Assembly (NCBI GenBank): GCA_016788185.1
Contig: JAEUTF010000197.1
Location: forward strand, 1-58,413
From: Bacteroidia bacterium
GTDB lineage: Bacteria; Bacteroidota; Bacteroidia; AKYH767-A; OLB10
Direction of reading: 5' to 3'
Length of the DNA: 58,413 nt
The notes below the pieces were generated by a model. That model did not search any database. It was not told the origin of the DNA and saw nothing but the letters and a program-made list of their open reading frames with translations. Positions within the stretch are counted from its first letter, which is position 1; each line of letters starts with the position of its first letter. Shown piece by piece: positions 32,949 to 43,294 of the stretch. The position numbers were made by a program, and so were the translations under genes.

Positions 32949-35564
32949 ATGGCCATGAAAATAAAAAGTTCACTCCTGATTGCATTGCTTCTTTTAAATC
33001 TTCAAACCGCGCTCGCGCAGTGGAAATGGCTGCATCCGGCACCGCAAGGCAACCACATCAGTCAGCTTAGCTTTATCAGTAATGCTACCGGTTGGGCTGC
33101 TGGAGAAAAAGGGGCCTTGATAAAAACCACCAATGGCGGCAGTAGCTGGACCGCCCAATACGCGGGAATCGTAAATGATATCAGCGGCATGCAATTCCCC
33201 GACAGCCTGCATGGCTTTATTGCTTCCGAAAGTGAGTTCCTGGTTAGTTCAAACAGCGGACAATCATGGTCCATCCGTTATCGCTTCCCCTCCAATTTCA
33301 TCAGTGCCTTGTTCATGCTGGATGCGGATACCGGATTTGCAGGCTTAAGCAATGGAAGTGGCATCGGACAACTTTATAAAACCACTAACGGTGGCAGTAC
33401 CTGGACTTCAGTACTTAACAATGCCGCCGGCGACATCCTCGACCTGTATATGAAGCCATCAGGCGTCGGAGTTCTGTCAGGCACTTCCGGCCTGTTGATG
33501 AGGACCACTGATTTTGGCGCCACCTGGACTCCGGTGACCATCGGAACCAGCATGGATTTACACGATGTCAGCATGCCAACCAACAACCATGTCTATGTAG
33601 CCGGTGACACGGAACTTTATCAAAGCACCGATGGCGGGCAAAGTTTTTCACCCATCGGAAATCCTGGAAGTGGTGCCGGTGCCGGACTCCTGTCTATCGA
33701 TTTCGGGAACTCCACCAATGGGGTAGCCGGCTGTACAGGAGGAAATATTTTTTATACCACCAATGCCGGATCAAGTTGGAATCAATATGTATCCAATGCA
33801 TGGTTTGATGCCAGGGCGGTTTTTGCCAACAACGGTCTGAACTTTTTTGTAGGAGGCAGTAACGGAGGATTATTGAAAACCGGTAATAGCGGCAGCACCT
33901 GGCTGGATCTTTCCTCCAGGGTGGCCGAATTCAGGCTGAATGCCATTGATGCGGTAACTACCAGTACCGCCTATGCAGCAGGAGCATCAGGAGTGATTTT
34001 ACAGACCAGCAACAACGGCAACACCTGGACCGCACAGACCAGCAATGCCGGGGGAGAAGATTTGAACGATTTGTTTTTCATCAATCCCAGTACAGGCCTT
34101 GCCGTAGGATCCAACGGAACCATGGTAAAAACAAGCGATGGCGGTATCAACTGGAATTTTGTATTCAGCGGAATCGGCGAAAGCATGTATGGATTGGCAC
34201 GGGCCGCCAACAACAAGCTCTATGTTTGCGGGGCCAATGGAAAACTGGCCTTTTCCAACGACAACGGCGATACCTGGACCGACTTACCCACATCTTTCAC
34301 CGGACTGGGCTATGCCTTTACCGAAGTGCAGTGTTTTGGAAACGACACCCTGGTCATATCCACCGATCAGCCCTACCTGGTCAGTACTTACGACAACGGA
34401 CTTTCATGGAACCTACTGAACAATGGCAGTTCGTTTGAATGCTCAGCCATGTATTTCCGCAATGCGATGTACGGATGGATCGGAACCACCGTGGGGGAGG
34501 TATATGCCACGACCGATGGCGGCAATACTTGGACCCTCGCCTATCAAACCCAGAGCAACGCCCCGGTTGGTGCCATTCGTTTTTCCGACCCACTTAACGG
34601 GTGGTTTTTCTCCGGAAATGAAATTTTCAGAACAGCGGACGGAGGCGGTGTCTGGGGTCGTGAAATCAATCCCAATCAGGAACCCATTTACGATATCGAT
34701 TTCCTGAATGGCAACAATGCACTGGCTGTCGGAGACGGTCTTGCCACCATCCTTGCACGCAACAACGACCTGCAGTTGAGTCTGCCCACCCAAATATTCT
34801 GTACCGACAACAGCTACACGCTTGCCATCAATGCCATCGGGAACTGGAATCCAGGCAATCAGTTCAGAATTGAGTTATCGGACGAATTCGGCGAATTCAT
34901 TTTCCCTACTACCCTTGGATTTGTAACGGCTACGGGTACGACCGCAGTACCCATCAATGTACCCAACGGACTCATTGACGGTACCGATTACAGAATCCGG
35001 ATTTTCTCCACCAATCCTCCGATGTGGAGTTCCCTGAATTCAGTACCGCTCGAAATCAGAACTTCTCCCGAAGCCTACATCGCGGCAGGTGGTCCGACTG
35101 CCTTTTGCCTGGGAGGGTCGGTAACCTTGTATGCCTTTACCGGACCAGGATGGGTTTACCAATGGTACAAAGACGGAGTACTCCTGAGTGGTGCCACCGC
35201 CGACACGTTGTATGTTACACAAAGCGGCGACTATACCGTCAATGTGAGTGACGGAGTATGCAGCCTCACCTCCCCTATTACAGATGTGCTCGTGATCAAT
35301 TGCAGTGGAATTTCAGAAAACGGGAATGAACTCTTCTACCGGATCTTCCCGAATCCTGCCACCGAAAACATCACCTTAAGCAATCCGTTTAAGCACGCCA
35401 TCACCCAGCTTAGAATAACTGACCTTACAGGCCGTCTTATTCTCACCGAGAGCGATATCTCATCGTCGACCATTCAGGTGCAAACCCGGCATCTGGCCAA
35501 AGGAATCTACCATCTGGAAATCAGGGGCGACAAACCAGCGGTCCTCCGTTTCGTTAAGCGATAA
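32949..35564 (+). CDS. secreted BNR/Ycf48-like multi-propeller protein with T9SS C-terminal sorting domain
   Basis: Signal peptide. 13 copies of the S/T-x-D/N-x-G-x-(T/S)-W motif (TTNGGSSWT, TTNGGSTWT, TSNNGNTWT and others). C-terminal FPNPATENITL, KGIYHLEI and LRFVKR form the T9SS CTD. Confidence 0.82.
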   Translation: MAMKIKSSLLIALLLLNLQTALAQWKWLHPAPQGNHISQLSFISNATGWAAGEKGALIKTTNGGSSWTAQYAGIVNDISGMQFPDSLHGFIASESEFLVSSNSGQSWSIRYRFPSNFISALFMLDADTGFAGLSNGSGIGQLYKTTNGGSTWTSVLNNAAGDILDLYMKPSGVGVLSGTSGLLMRTTDFGATWTPVTIGTSMDLHDVSMPTNNHVYVAGDTELYQSTDGGQSFSPIGNPGSGAGAGLLSIDFGNSTNGVAGCTGGNIFYTTNAGSSWNQYVSNAWFDARAVFANNGLNFFVGGSNGGLLKTGNSGSTWLDLSSRVAEFRLNAIDAVTTSTAYAAGASGVILQTSNNGNTWTAQTSNAGGEDLNDLFFINPSTGLAVGSNGTMVKTSDGGINWNFVFSGIGESMYGLARAANNKLYVCGANGKLAFSNDNGDTWTDLPTSFTGLGYAFTEVQCFGNDTLVISTDQPYLVSTYDNGLSWNLLNNGSSFECSAMYFRNAMYGWIGTTVGEVYATTDGGNTWTLAYQTQSNAPVGAIRFSDPLNGWFFSGNEIFRTADGGGVWGREINPNQEPIYDIDFLNGNNALAVGDGLATILARNNDLQLSLPTQIFCTDNSYTLAINAIGNWNPGNQFRIELSDEFGEFIFPTTLGFVTATGTTAVPINVPNGLIDGTDYRIRIFSTNPPMWSSLNSVPLEIRTSPEAYIAAGGPTAFCLGGSVTLYAFTGPGWVYQWYKDGVLLSGATADTLYVTQSGDYTVNVSDGVCSLTSPITDVLVINCSGISENGNELFYRIFPNPATENITLSNPFKHAITQLRITDLTGRLILTESDISSSTIQVQTRHLAKGIYHLEIRGDKPAVLRFVKR

Positions 35565-35587
35565 TACCAATCGCTCAACGCACCACT

Positions 35588-35632
35588 AAAAGACAGTCTT
35601 TTCCCGTTTCAGGGAAAAGACTGTTTTATTTT
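35588..35632 (+). terminator. intrinsic terminator after the BNR/T9SS gene
   Basis: 16-bp stem AAAAGACAGTCTTTTCCC / GGGAAAAGACTGTTTT with a 6-nt loop, then a T-rich tail. Confidence 0.85.
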
Positions 35633-35686
35633 CCATCCAGTGGCGGAAAATGATATATTCGCTGGTACCAATGCCTTTCAGCCAAC

Positions 35687-36928
35687 ATGCTTCATCAAAA
35701 CGCTGTCTTAAAAATCCGGTTGCTATTCTTTTCGGTGCTGATGTATTTTCCGATCGATGGCCAGGTGATGATCGAGTTCAGGGAAAAATCGGTTCGTAAA
35801 TGGGAACTTTCCGATGGCGACGAATTTAACGGCGATGGTTTAGACCGGGAAAAATGGATGACCTCCTACCCCTGGGCCCGACATCTTTATTGCAGCATGG
35901 ATGTCAATTATTATTCTGACGGTGATGATCTCATCTGCAAAGAGGGCCTCCTGAACATCAGCGCCAGGGTATCTCCTGTTCAGGCCAGATCCATTCCTTA
36001 TGAGCGGGATGACTTTCTCCTTCCCTGCGACTTCAAAGCGCCAGCCAGAAACCTGATGCAGTTTGACTATCAGAGTGGATTGATTTACTCTAAAAAAAAC
36101 TTTTTATACGGTTATTTTGAAATTAATTTCCGGACAGATGCCGGACAGGGATTATGGCCGGCATTCTGGTTATTCGGCGCCGACAACCAGGAAATTGACA
36201 TTTTCGAAATCGGAGGCGGGCGCACCGGTGATTTTCATGTGGATGTACATTGCAAAAAAGGATGCAAAAATTATCCCGTCTTCCTGGGCCTTCTTCGCAC
36301 CAACTGGGGCGATTATGTGGAAACAGACGCCAACTGGCAAAAGGAGTATCACACGATTGCAGTGGATTGGGAACCTGAAGGCATTACCTGGTATCTGGAT
36401 GGAAAAGCCGTTGCCTGGTGGAAAGGGAGTTTTAAAGAGGCATTGGCGTTGATCGCCAATCTGGCCGTTACCAATAAAGCCGGTAGTCTGGGCGGAGCCA
36501 TTTCAGCTGCCACTCCATTTCCGGCCTTTATGCAGGTGGATTACATCCGTGTATGGCAAAAAAGCAATGAACCTGTTTTACGACTTACCGCTGAATCTAT
36601 GAAAGCGTCTTATCCTTTGCGACCAACAGCACCATCCAGGTTGCTGAATAGGAAAAGGCCTGAATTCAAACGATCCGTCCTGAAACAGCCCTTTACCCGC
36701 CTCCGTCTCCTGCCTGTTCCCGGAGGAAGTATCCGTATTGAACAGGAAGGTACTTTGCAAAAAGAGATCAACATTGCGGTTTTTAAAAAGGGACAATCCC
36801 TCCCGCTTTCACAGATACTTGTCAAGGCCCCCCACATGCTTTTTTCACCCGGGTTAAAACCAGGGGTTTATGAACTGAAGGCCGGATTTGACGGGAAATC
36901 AGCATCAGTAGTCCTTGAAGTGCCTTAG
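35687..36928 (+). CDS. glycoside hydrolase family 16 protein (beta-glucanase-like)
   Basis: Signal peptide. GLWPAFWLFG and the catalytic EIDIFE (ExDxxE) motif. A ~110-aa C-terminal extension of unknown type ends in GVYELKAGFDGKSASVVLEVP. Confidence 0.82.
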   Translation: MLHQNAVLKIRLLFFSVLMYFPIDGQVMIEFREKSVRKWELSDGDEFNGDGLDREKWMTSYPWARHLYCSMDVNYYSDGDDLICKEGLLNISARVSPVQARSIPYERDDFLLPCDFKAPARNLMQFDYQSGLIYSKKNFLYGYFEINFRTDAGQGLWPAFWLFGADNQEIDIFEIGGGRTGDFHVDVHCKKGCKNYPVFLGLLRTNWGDYVETDANWQKEYHTIAVDWEPEGITWYLDGKAVAWWKGSFKEALALIANLAVTNKAGSLGGAISAATPFPAFMQVDYIRVWQKSNEPVLRLTAESMKASYPLRPTAPSRLLNRKRPEFKRSVLKQPFTRLRLLPVPGGSIRIEQEGTLQKEINIAVFKKGQSLPLSQILVKAPHMLFSPGLKPGVYELKAGFDGKSASVVLEVP

Positions 36929-36978
36929 AGAGCCCCCGAATCGCTATATTTAGTTACCTGAAAAAGCAATGTCGGGGC

Positions 36979-36986
36979 TATATTTG
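36979..36986 (+). promoter_or_regulatory. -7 box TATATTTG upstream of sppA
   Basis: Matches TAnnTTTG, 27 nt before ATG 37014. Confidence 0.5.
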
Positions 36987-37013
36987 TAACTTATAGTTTG
37001 AAAAAAATAGGGA

Positions 37014-38789
37014 ATGAAACAATTTATTAAAATCTTCTTTGCTTCTATGCTCGGATTTATTTTTGGTCTGATCGTGCTGTTTTTCCTGCTGGTATTTATA
37101 CTGTCTGCCATGGTATCCTCGATCGGAAATGAGGAGGTTAAAATTGCCGATGGCAGTATTTTACACATCAACCTTGACTATCCCATCAGAGAACGAACTT
37201 CTAAAAATCCTTTCGACAGCTTTAGTTTCAATACTTTCGAAACCAGTCTTCACCCGGGGCTCAATGATATCCTGAAATCCATTCGTCATGCTGCCAAAGA
37301 TGAAAAAGTAAAAGGCATTTATCTTGATATCACCTCTTTTCAAGGGGGATTGGCCAGCGTGAATGAGATCAGGGATGCCTTGTTGGATTTCAAGACCTCC
37401 GGCAAGTTCATTTATGCCTTTGCAGATACTTATACTCAGGGAGCCTACTACCTGGCCAGCAGTGCCGACAAAATCTACCTGAATCCTGAAGGCCAGGTTG
37501 TCTTAAACGGACTCGCCACGGAAATGATGTTCTTTAAAGGCACCCTCGAAAAGCTGGAGATCGAACCGCAGGTTATACGGCACGGCAAATACAAGAGCGC
37601 GGTTGAGCCATTTCTGCTCGAAAAAATGAGTGATGAAAACAGGGCTCAGATTTCTGCCTTCGTAGACCCCATCTGGCAACACCTTTCTTCTGAAATCTGC
37701 CGTTCCAGAAAAATAGAGCGTGAATCGTTCAAGTTACTGGTGGACAGTTTTAAGGTCAGAACTGCAAAGGATGCTTTGACACTCAAACTGGTTGACAAGC
37801 TGGCCTATTACGATGAATTCATGGCGGATGTCAACCGGAAAATCGGTAATAAAGAGAATGAAAAATTACCCCTGGTCAGTATTGGTCGTTACAGCAAAGC
37901 GCCCGCGCCAAAAACGGAAGGTGAAAAATTCTCCATGCAGAAAATTGCCATTGTTTATGCGGTAGGTGCCATTGGTAACGGTGACGGCAATGAGGAGTCC
38001 ATCGGTTCGGACCGGCTCGCTGCGGCCATCAGGAAAGCCAGGAACGATGACAAGGTAAAAGCCATCGTCATGCGTGTGAACTCACCGGGCGGCGACGCCC
38101 TGGCTTCCGAGGAAATCTGGAGAGAAGTCACCCTGGCCCGGAAGGAAAAGCCCTTTGTTGTTTCCATGGGTGACCTTGCCGCCTCCGGAGGATATTACAT
38201 CAGCTGCGCGGCAGACGCCATCGTGGCACAGCCGAACACGCTTACGGGATCCATCGGCGTTTTTGGCCTTTTATTCAATGCTGAAAAAATGCTTAAAAAC
38301 AAACTCGGCATCACCACCGACGTGTACAAAACCAATCCTTATACGGATATGGGAACGATTACCCGATCACTGAGCAGCCAGGAATCGCTGATTCTGCAAC
38401 AAGAGGTCGATCGGATTTATGATGTATTCACCCGGCGCGTTGCAGAAGGAAGAAAGTTGAACCAGGCACAGGTGGACAGCATCGGCCAGGGCAGAGTCTG
38501 GTCGGGGAACAACGCCATTCAAATCGGCCTGGTGGACACCCTCGGCGGACTAGAGACCGCCATTAACATCGCCGCCCAAAAAGCCGGAATCAAGGAGTAC
38601 CGCACCATCCAACTGCCCGAGCAGAAGGATCCTTTCCAGACCATCCTGGAGGATTTCGCTACGGAAGCCAAAGTCAGAATCATGCAGGAGGAAACCGGCA
38701 CTTCCTACAGATACCTTCAAGCCACCAAAGAACTTCTGAAATTAAAGGGGGTTCAGGCTCTCAGCCCTTTCAGCATCGGATTTTATTGA
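37014..38789 (+). CDS. sppA: signal peptide peptidase SppA, 67K type
   Basis: 591 aa with an N-terminal TM helix. Two S49 domains, with VNSPGGDA and GDLAASGGYYISCAAD in the second. Confidence 0.9.
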   Translation: MKQFIKIFFASMLGFIFGLIVLFFLLVFILSAMVSSIGNEEVKIADGSILHINLDYPIRERTSKNPFDSFSFNTFETSLHPGLNDILKSIRHAAKDEKVKGIYLDITSFQGGLASVNEIRDALLDFKTSGKFIYAFADTYTQGAYYLASSADKIYLNPEGQVVLNGLATEMMFFKGTLEKLEIEPQVIRHGKYKSAVEPFLLEKMSDENRAQISAFVDPIWQHLSSEICRSRKIERESFKLLVDSFKVRTAKDALTLKLVDKLAYYDEFMADVNRKIGNKENEKLPLVSIGRYSKAPAPKTEGEKFSMQKIAIVYAVGAIGNGDGNEESIGSDRLAAAIRKARNDDKVKAIVMRVNSPGGDALASEEIWREVTLARKEKPFVVSMGDLAASGGYYISCAADAIVAQPNTLTGSIGVFGLLFNAEKMLKNKLGITTDVYKTNPYTDMGTITRSLSSQESLILQQEVDRIYDVFTRRVAEGRKLNQAQVDSIGQGRVWSGNNAIQIGLVDTLGGLETAINIAAQKAGIKEYRTIQLPEQKDPFQTILEDFATEAKVRIMQEETGTSYRYLQATKELLKLKGVQALSPFSIGFY

Positions 38790-38791
38790 TC

Positions 38792-39883
38792 TCAGCCTTT
38801 TTTTTGCTGACCGGCCAGATACAAAGCGATAAACTCTGTGAGGTTCTCACGGGAAAGAACTCCCGTCAACAATCCCTGGTGATAGACCGGAGCAAGCGGG
38901 AAGTCGGTGGCCCGCATTTTCTCCCAACTGGAATCCAGGTCATCCTCCGTTTCAAATTGCAGCGGATTCTTTAAAATCAAATCAGCAACAGGATGCCCGG
39001 GAGGGTATTCCGCAAATCCTTTCAGGAGGTGGTCACGCGTTAACACGCCACTCACCTGCCCGGCCTGATCCATCACAAGAAAGTCGGTGGAATCTCCGGC
39101 CAATAATGCCTCGGCCGCCTGCTTCAAGGTATCCTGGTCGTGCAGCGCACTATACTTGCTGATCATCACATCCTTTACCCTGATGCCCTTCAAGGCATCC
39201 TGCTGCAGTACCATTTTCAATTCTGCCTGAGCGCCAAGAAACACAAAGACACCAATCAGGATCAGAAAAGGATTGACAAACAAACCGGCTATAACAAACA
39301 ACACCGCTATGGACTGACCCACGGCGACGGCTATACGGGTTGCTCTTTGCTTTGACCATTTCATGGCCAGCAGGGAACGGAGTATCCTGCCTCCATCCAT
39401 CGGAAATGCCGGAATCAGGTTGAACACGACCAGAGAAACGTTCACCATAAGCAGGTTAATTACAAAGGAGTTGGCGGAAGGATCCTGGAAGTCAACAGCG
39501 ATCGGGAAACCCTTCCCGAAAAAAATAAAAACAGCAAGAAGCAAAATAATTAAAACGTTCACAAACGGGCCGGCCATGGCTACTATTAATTCCTGCCTGG
39601 GCAGATCAGGCAGTTTTTCCAGACGGGCCACTCCCCCGATCGGCAGCAACGTGATGTCACGCGTATGGATGTGATAACGCGCCGCACTCAGGGCATGCCC
39701 GAATTCATGGAGCAACACACACATAAAAACACTCAAGACGAAACCGATCTCTGCAAATACCTCACTGAGTTTGCCATTCTCCAGCATTTTATCCCCTCCG
39801 ATCCAAATCAGAAGCAGGAAAAAGGTCCAGTGGATAAAGATGCCGATTCCCTTGTACGATCCGATTCTGACTGCGCCTTTCAT
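38792..39883 (-). CDS. site-2 protease (M50) family metalloprotease with tandem CBS domains
   Basis: HEFGHAL (HExxH) in a TM helix, NLIPAFPMDGGR, and a C-terminal CBS pair. Confidence 0.88.
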   Translation of the reverse strand: MKGAVRIGSYKGIGIFIHWTFFLLLIWIGGDKMLENGKLSEVFAEIGFVLSVFMCVLLHEFGHALSAARYHIHTRDITLLPIGGVARLEKLPDLPRQELIVAMAGPFVNVLIILLLAVFIFFGKGFPIAVDFQDPSANSFVINLLMVNVSLVVFNLIPAFPMDGGRILRSLLAMKWSKQRATRIAVAVGQSIAVLFVIAGLFVNPFLILIGVFVFLGAQAELKMVLQQDALKGIRVKDVMISKYSALHDQDTLKQAAEALLAGDSTDFLVMDQAGQVSGVLTRDHLLKGFAEYPPGHPVADLILKNPLQFETEDDLDSSWEKMRATDFPLAPVYHQGLLTGVLSRENLTEFIALYLAGQQKKG

Positions 39884-39905
39884 TATTAACTAAGCTGGTT
39901 TTATA

Positions 39906-39913
39906 CAAAGATA
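39906..39913 (-). promoter_or_regulatory. -7 box TATCTTTG upstream of the S2P/CBS protease gene
   Basis: Matches TAnnTTTG on the minus strand, 22 nt before ATG 39883. Confidence 0.5.
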
Positions 39914-40027
39914 CCCTGTTTTGCCCAAGCCGTGTCGCCAAATCGGGTGAGACCATGTTCAGATGAGCACCGTGTAATCCGATTGACCTTGTATTAATTG
40001 GTATTTTTAAGCCGGAACAAGCTTGTC

Positions 40028-41731
40028 ATGGATAATTCTACCGTATCTGAAATTCTGGAAACCACCGCCCGGCTCATGGAGCTGCACGGAGAAAATCCCT
40101 TCAAAATAAAATCCTATCAAAGTGCCGCCTATAAAATTGAAAGGCTAAAGGAAAATCTCATTGGAAAGTCGCAGGATGAACTGGAGAAATTAGACGGTAT
40201 TGGAAAAAGTCTCAGCCTTAAAATCCTTCAGTTGCTGAACGACGGCAGCTTCCCGGAACTGGATCGTTTACTTTCGGAGACTCCCGAAGGGGTACAGGAA
40301 ATGATGCGGATAAAGGGCATTGGTCCCAAGAAAGTGGCCCTGCTCTGGAAAGAACTACAGATTGAAAGTCCGGGCGAATTACTTTATGCCTGCAATGAAA
40401 ACAGGCTGGTGGAGTTAAAAGGATTCGGCGCAAAAACGCAGGAGCAAATCAAACGGTCGATTGAGTTCAGCATATCCCAAAGGGGTTTGTTTCACTTTGC
40501 CACTGCAGAAAGAAGCGCTCTCCTGCTTTTAAAGGAACTGGAGGGCTTAGACCTGAAATTTAAGCCCGTGATTTCAGGCGAAATAAGACGAAAATGCGAA
40601 ATCGTTTCATCGCTTGATTTTATTGCCTGTCATGATGACTACGACGCTATTCTGAAAAAGCTTAGATCAACCGATGAGAAAGGGTTTTCCGGAATTTCAG
40701 AAAACGAACAGGGGATTTCACTAAAAACTGAAGAAGGGCTGCCGGTTCAGATTCACTTCAACAGAAAGGGAACCATGGCCTGCCTGCAATGGACCATCAC
40801 CGGAAACAACGAACACATCCGGCAATGTCTGGATCTTTCTGGACTGACGTTGACCGATCTGGAAAATGCCGAAAGTGAAAGTGATCTTTATGCCAGATTC
40901 GGACTCCCCTACCTCGAGCCGGAATGGAGAGAGGGGCGTACAGAAATCAGGCGGGCCAGGGAAGGCCACATCCCGGCTTCTTTGGTCGACGTTCATGATT
41001 TGAAAGGGATTCTTCACAATCACTCCACCTACAGCGATGGCATACATTCACTGGAAGAAATGGCGGTGGCCTGCAAAGAACTGGGGTATGAATACCTTGG
41101 GATTTGTGACCACAGCAAGAGTGCTCAATATGCCGGAGGATTAAGCATTGAAAAAGTCAACATGCAGCAGGAAGAAATCCGCCAGCTAAATAGCATACTC
41201 CAGCCTTTCCGCATCTTTTCCGGGATCGAATCAGACATACTCGCGGATGGAAGCCTGGACTATCCGGATGAAATACTGGCCGGCTTTGATTTCGTTGTAG
41301 CTTCTGTGCATTCCGGTTTAAGGATGGACAAGGATAAGGCCACACAACGCCTGTTGACCGCGATCAGAAACCCTTATACCACCATCCTGGGGCATCCTTC
41401 GGGGCGATTACTGCTTTCGAGAGAAGGATACCCCCTTGATTACGAAAAGATCATTCAGGCATGTGCCGAAACCGGCGTGGTCATCGAACTCAATGCCCAC
41501 CCCTACCGGCTGGATCTTGACTGGCGGTGGATTGAATATGCCCTCGAAAAAGGTGTTAAAATATCCATCAATCCGGATGCGCACAGCACCGAAGGCTACC
41601 GGAATATGTATTACGGGGTTTGCACCGGCCGGAAAGGATATTTAACTCCGCAGGAGACTTTCAGTGCCATGGGCCTGAAAGACATTGAACAATGGTTTAA
41701 AAACAAAAAAGGGAATCACACCCCGCATTGA
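40028..41731 (+). CDS. PolX-family protein: Pol-beta-like N-terminal region plus PHP phosphoesterase domain
   Basis: HhH motifs (LDGIGKSL, IKGIGPKK, LKGFGAKT). Palm segment SGEIRRKCEIVSSLDFIAC. PHP motifs HNHSTYSDG, CDHS, SVHS, GHPSGR, ELNAHP and NPDAHS. ATG 40028 preferred over TTG 39998. Confidence 0.85.
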   Translation: MDNSTVSEILETTARLMELHGENPFKIKSYQSAAYKIERLKENLIGKSQDELEKLDGIGKSLSLKILQLLNDGSFPELDRLLSETPEGVQEMMRIKGIGPKKVALLWKELQIESPGELLYACNENRLVELKGFGAKTQEQIKRSIEFSISQRGLFHFATAERSALLLLKELEGLDLKFKPVISGEIRRKCEIVSSLDFIACHDDYDAILKKLRSTDEKGFSGISENEQGISLKTEEGLPVQIHFNRKGTMACLQWTITGNNEHIRQCLDLSGLTLTDLENAESESDLYARFGLPYLEPEWREGRTEIRRAREGHIPASLVDVHDLKGILHNHSTYSDGIHSLEEMAVACKELGYEYLGICDHSKSAQYAGGLSIEKVNMQQEEIRQLNSILQPFRIFSGIESDILADGSLDYPDEILAGFDFVVASVHSGLRMDKDKATQRLLTAIRNPYTTILGHPSGRLLLSREGYPLDYEKIIQACAETGVVIELNAHPYRLDLDWRWIEYALEKGVKISINPDAHSTEGYRNMYYGVCTGRKGYLTPQETFSAMGLKDIEQWFKNKKGNHTPH

Positions 41732-41773
41732 TTTTTTATTTAACTTTATGCAAGCGGTTTAATCCTTCAGCAA

Positions 41774-43294
41774 ATGGCCATCATCAGCTCGGTACTTTCC
41801 TGGATCATCAAGCAAAGGCTGCATCAGATCGAGCTTTTCATGAAATTTCCCAACGAGGTACAACAGGATCTATTGAAAAAACTGATCATCACTTCCCGGT
41901 ATACCGAATTCGGACGCCGGTATGACTTTTCCTCCATATCAAGTTCAAGGGAATTCAGAGCACGCATTCCTCTGCAGGATTATGAAAGCCTCAAGCCTTA
42001 TATACTCCGGCTCAAGGCGGGTGAACAGCATTTGCTCTGGCCCAGTGATGTACGCTGGTTTGCCAAATCGAGCGGAACGACCAACGATAAATCGAAGTAT
42101 ATCCCGGTATCTACGGAAGCGCTGGAAGAATGCCATTACAAGGGGGGCAAGGATCTGCTCTGCCTGTACTTCCACAACAATCCGGAAACACAACTTTTCA
42201 ATGGCAAATTGCTTTCTCTGGGAGGCAGCCATCAGATTAACTCCCTCAGCAACGATTCATTTTACGGTGACCTGAGCGCTATCCTCATTCAGAACCTGCC
42301 GTTCTGGATTCAGCTTTTCAGGACACCGGACCGTTCGATCGCTCTGATGAACGAATGGGAAGAAAAAATTGAAAGGATGGCAAGGGCCACCATGAACGAA
42401 AATGTGACCAATATTGCCGGGGTACCTTCCTGGACACTGGTTTTATTAAAACGTATTCTGGAGCTCAGCGGCAAACATGATCTGACGGAGGTATGGCCCA
42501 ATCTTGAATTGTTTGTGCACGGTGCCGTAAGTTTCACTCCTTACAGGGATCAGTTCCGGAAGCTGATACCCAGTCCGGATATGCACTACCTGGAAACCTA
42601 CAATGCCTCCGAAGGCTTCTTTGGCATCCAGGATCAACTGAACTCCGACGAGATGCTGCTGATGCTGGATTATGGCATTTATTACGAATTCCTTCCTTTC
42701 AGTGAATGGGACAAGGAACAGCCTCAAACGCTCAGCCTTGACCAGGTGAAACTGCACGAGAATTATGCCATCATCATCACTACCAATGCGGGATTGTGGA
42801 GATATAAAATCGGAGATACCATAGAATTTACATCGCTGAATCCATACCGCATCCGCATTACCGGAAGGACGGCTCATTTCATCAATGCATTCGGGGAGGA
42901 ACTTATCATTGACAACGCGGAGAAAGCCATTCGGGAAGCCTGTCTGGCCAGCGGGGCTGTCATCCGTGATTATACCGCGGCACCGGTCTATTTTAACGAG
43001 GAACGCTCCGGCGCTCATGAATGGCTGATTGAGTTTGAAACTCAGCCTGCCGATCTGCAGGATTTCACCGTCTTGCTGGATGAAGCCTTGAAAAAGCAAA
43101 ATTCCGACTACGAAGCAAAGCGTTACAAGGATAAAATATTACGCCTGCCCATCATACGAAGTATCCCTTCCAGAACGTTTTACAACTGGATGAAAAAGCG
43201 CGAAAAGCTTGGCGGCCAGCACAAAGTGCCCCGCCTGGCCAACCATCGCCATTACGTTGAAGAAATACTGAATAATGAATGGAGTAAAACGTAA
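41774..43294 (+). CDS. GH3 auxin-responsive-promoter family protein (ANL-superfamily adenylating enzyme homologue)
   Basis: 506 aa. WFAKSSGTTNDKSKYIP (SSGTT phosphate-binding loop), YNASEGFFG, and RYKIGDT. The N-terminal helix IKQRLHQIELFMKFPNEVQ is as in bacterial GH3 homologues. Confidence 0.85.
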   Translation: MAIISSVLSWIIKQRLHQIELFMKFPNEVQQDLLKKLIITSRYTEFGRRYDFSSISSSREFRARIPLQDYESLKPYILRLKAGEQHLLWPSDVRWFAKSSGTTNDKSKYIPVSTEALEECHYKGGKDLLCLYFHNNPETQLFNGKLLSLGGSHQINSLSNDSFYGDLSAILIQNLPFWIQLFRTPDRSIALMNEWEEKIERMARATMNENVTNIAGVPSWTLVLLKRILELSGKHDLTEVWPNLELFVHGAVSFTPYRDQFRKLIPSPDMHYLETYNASEGFFGIQDQLNSDEMLLMLDYGIYYEFLPFSEWDKEQPQTLSLDQVKLHENYAIIITTNAGLWRYKIGDTIEFTSLNPYRIRITGRTAHFINAFGEELIIDNAEKAIREACLASGAVIRDYTAAPVYFNEERSGAHEWLIEFETQPADLQDFTVLLDEALKKQNSDYEAKRYKDKILRLPIIRSIPSRTFYNWMKKREKLGGQHKVPRLANHRHYVEEILNNEWSKT

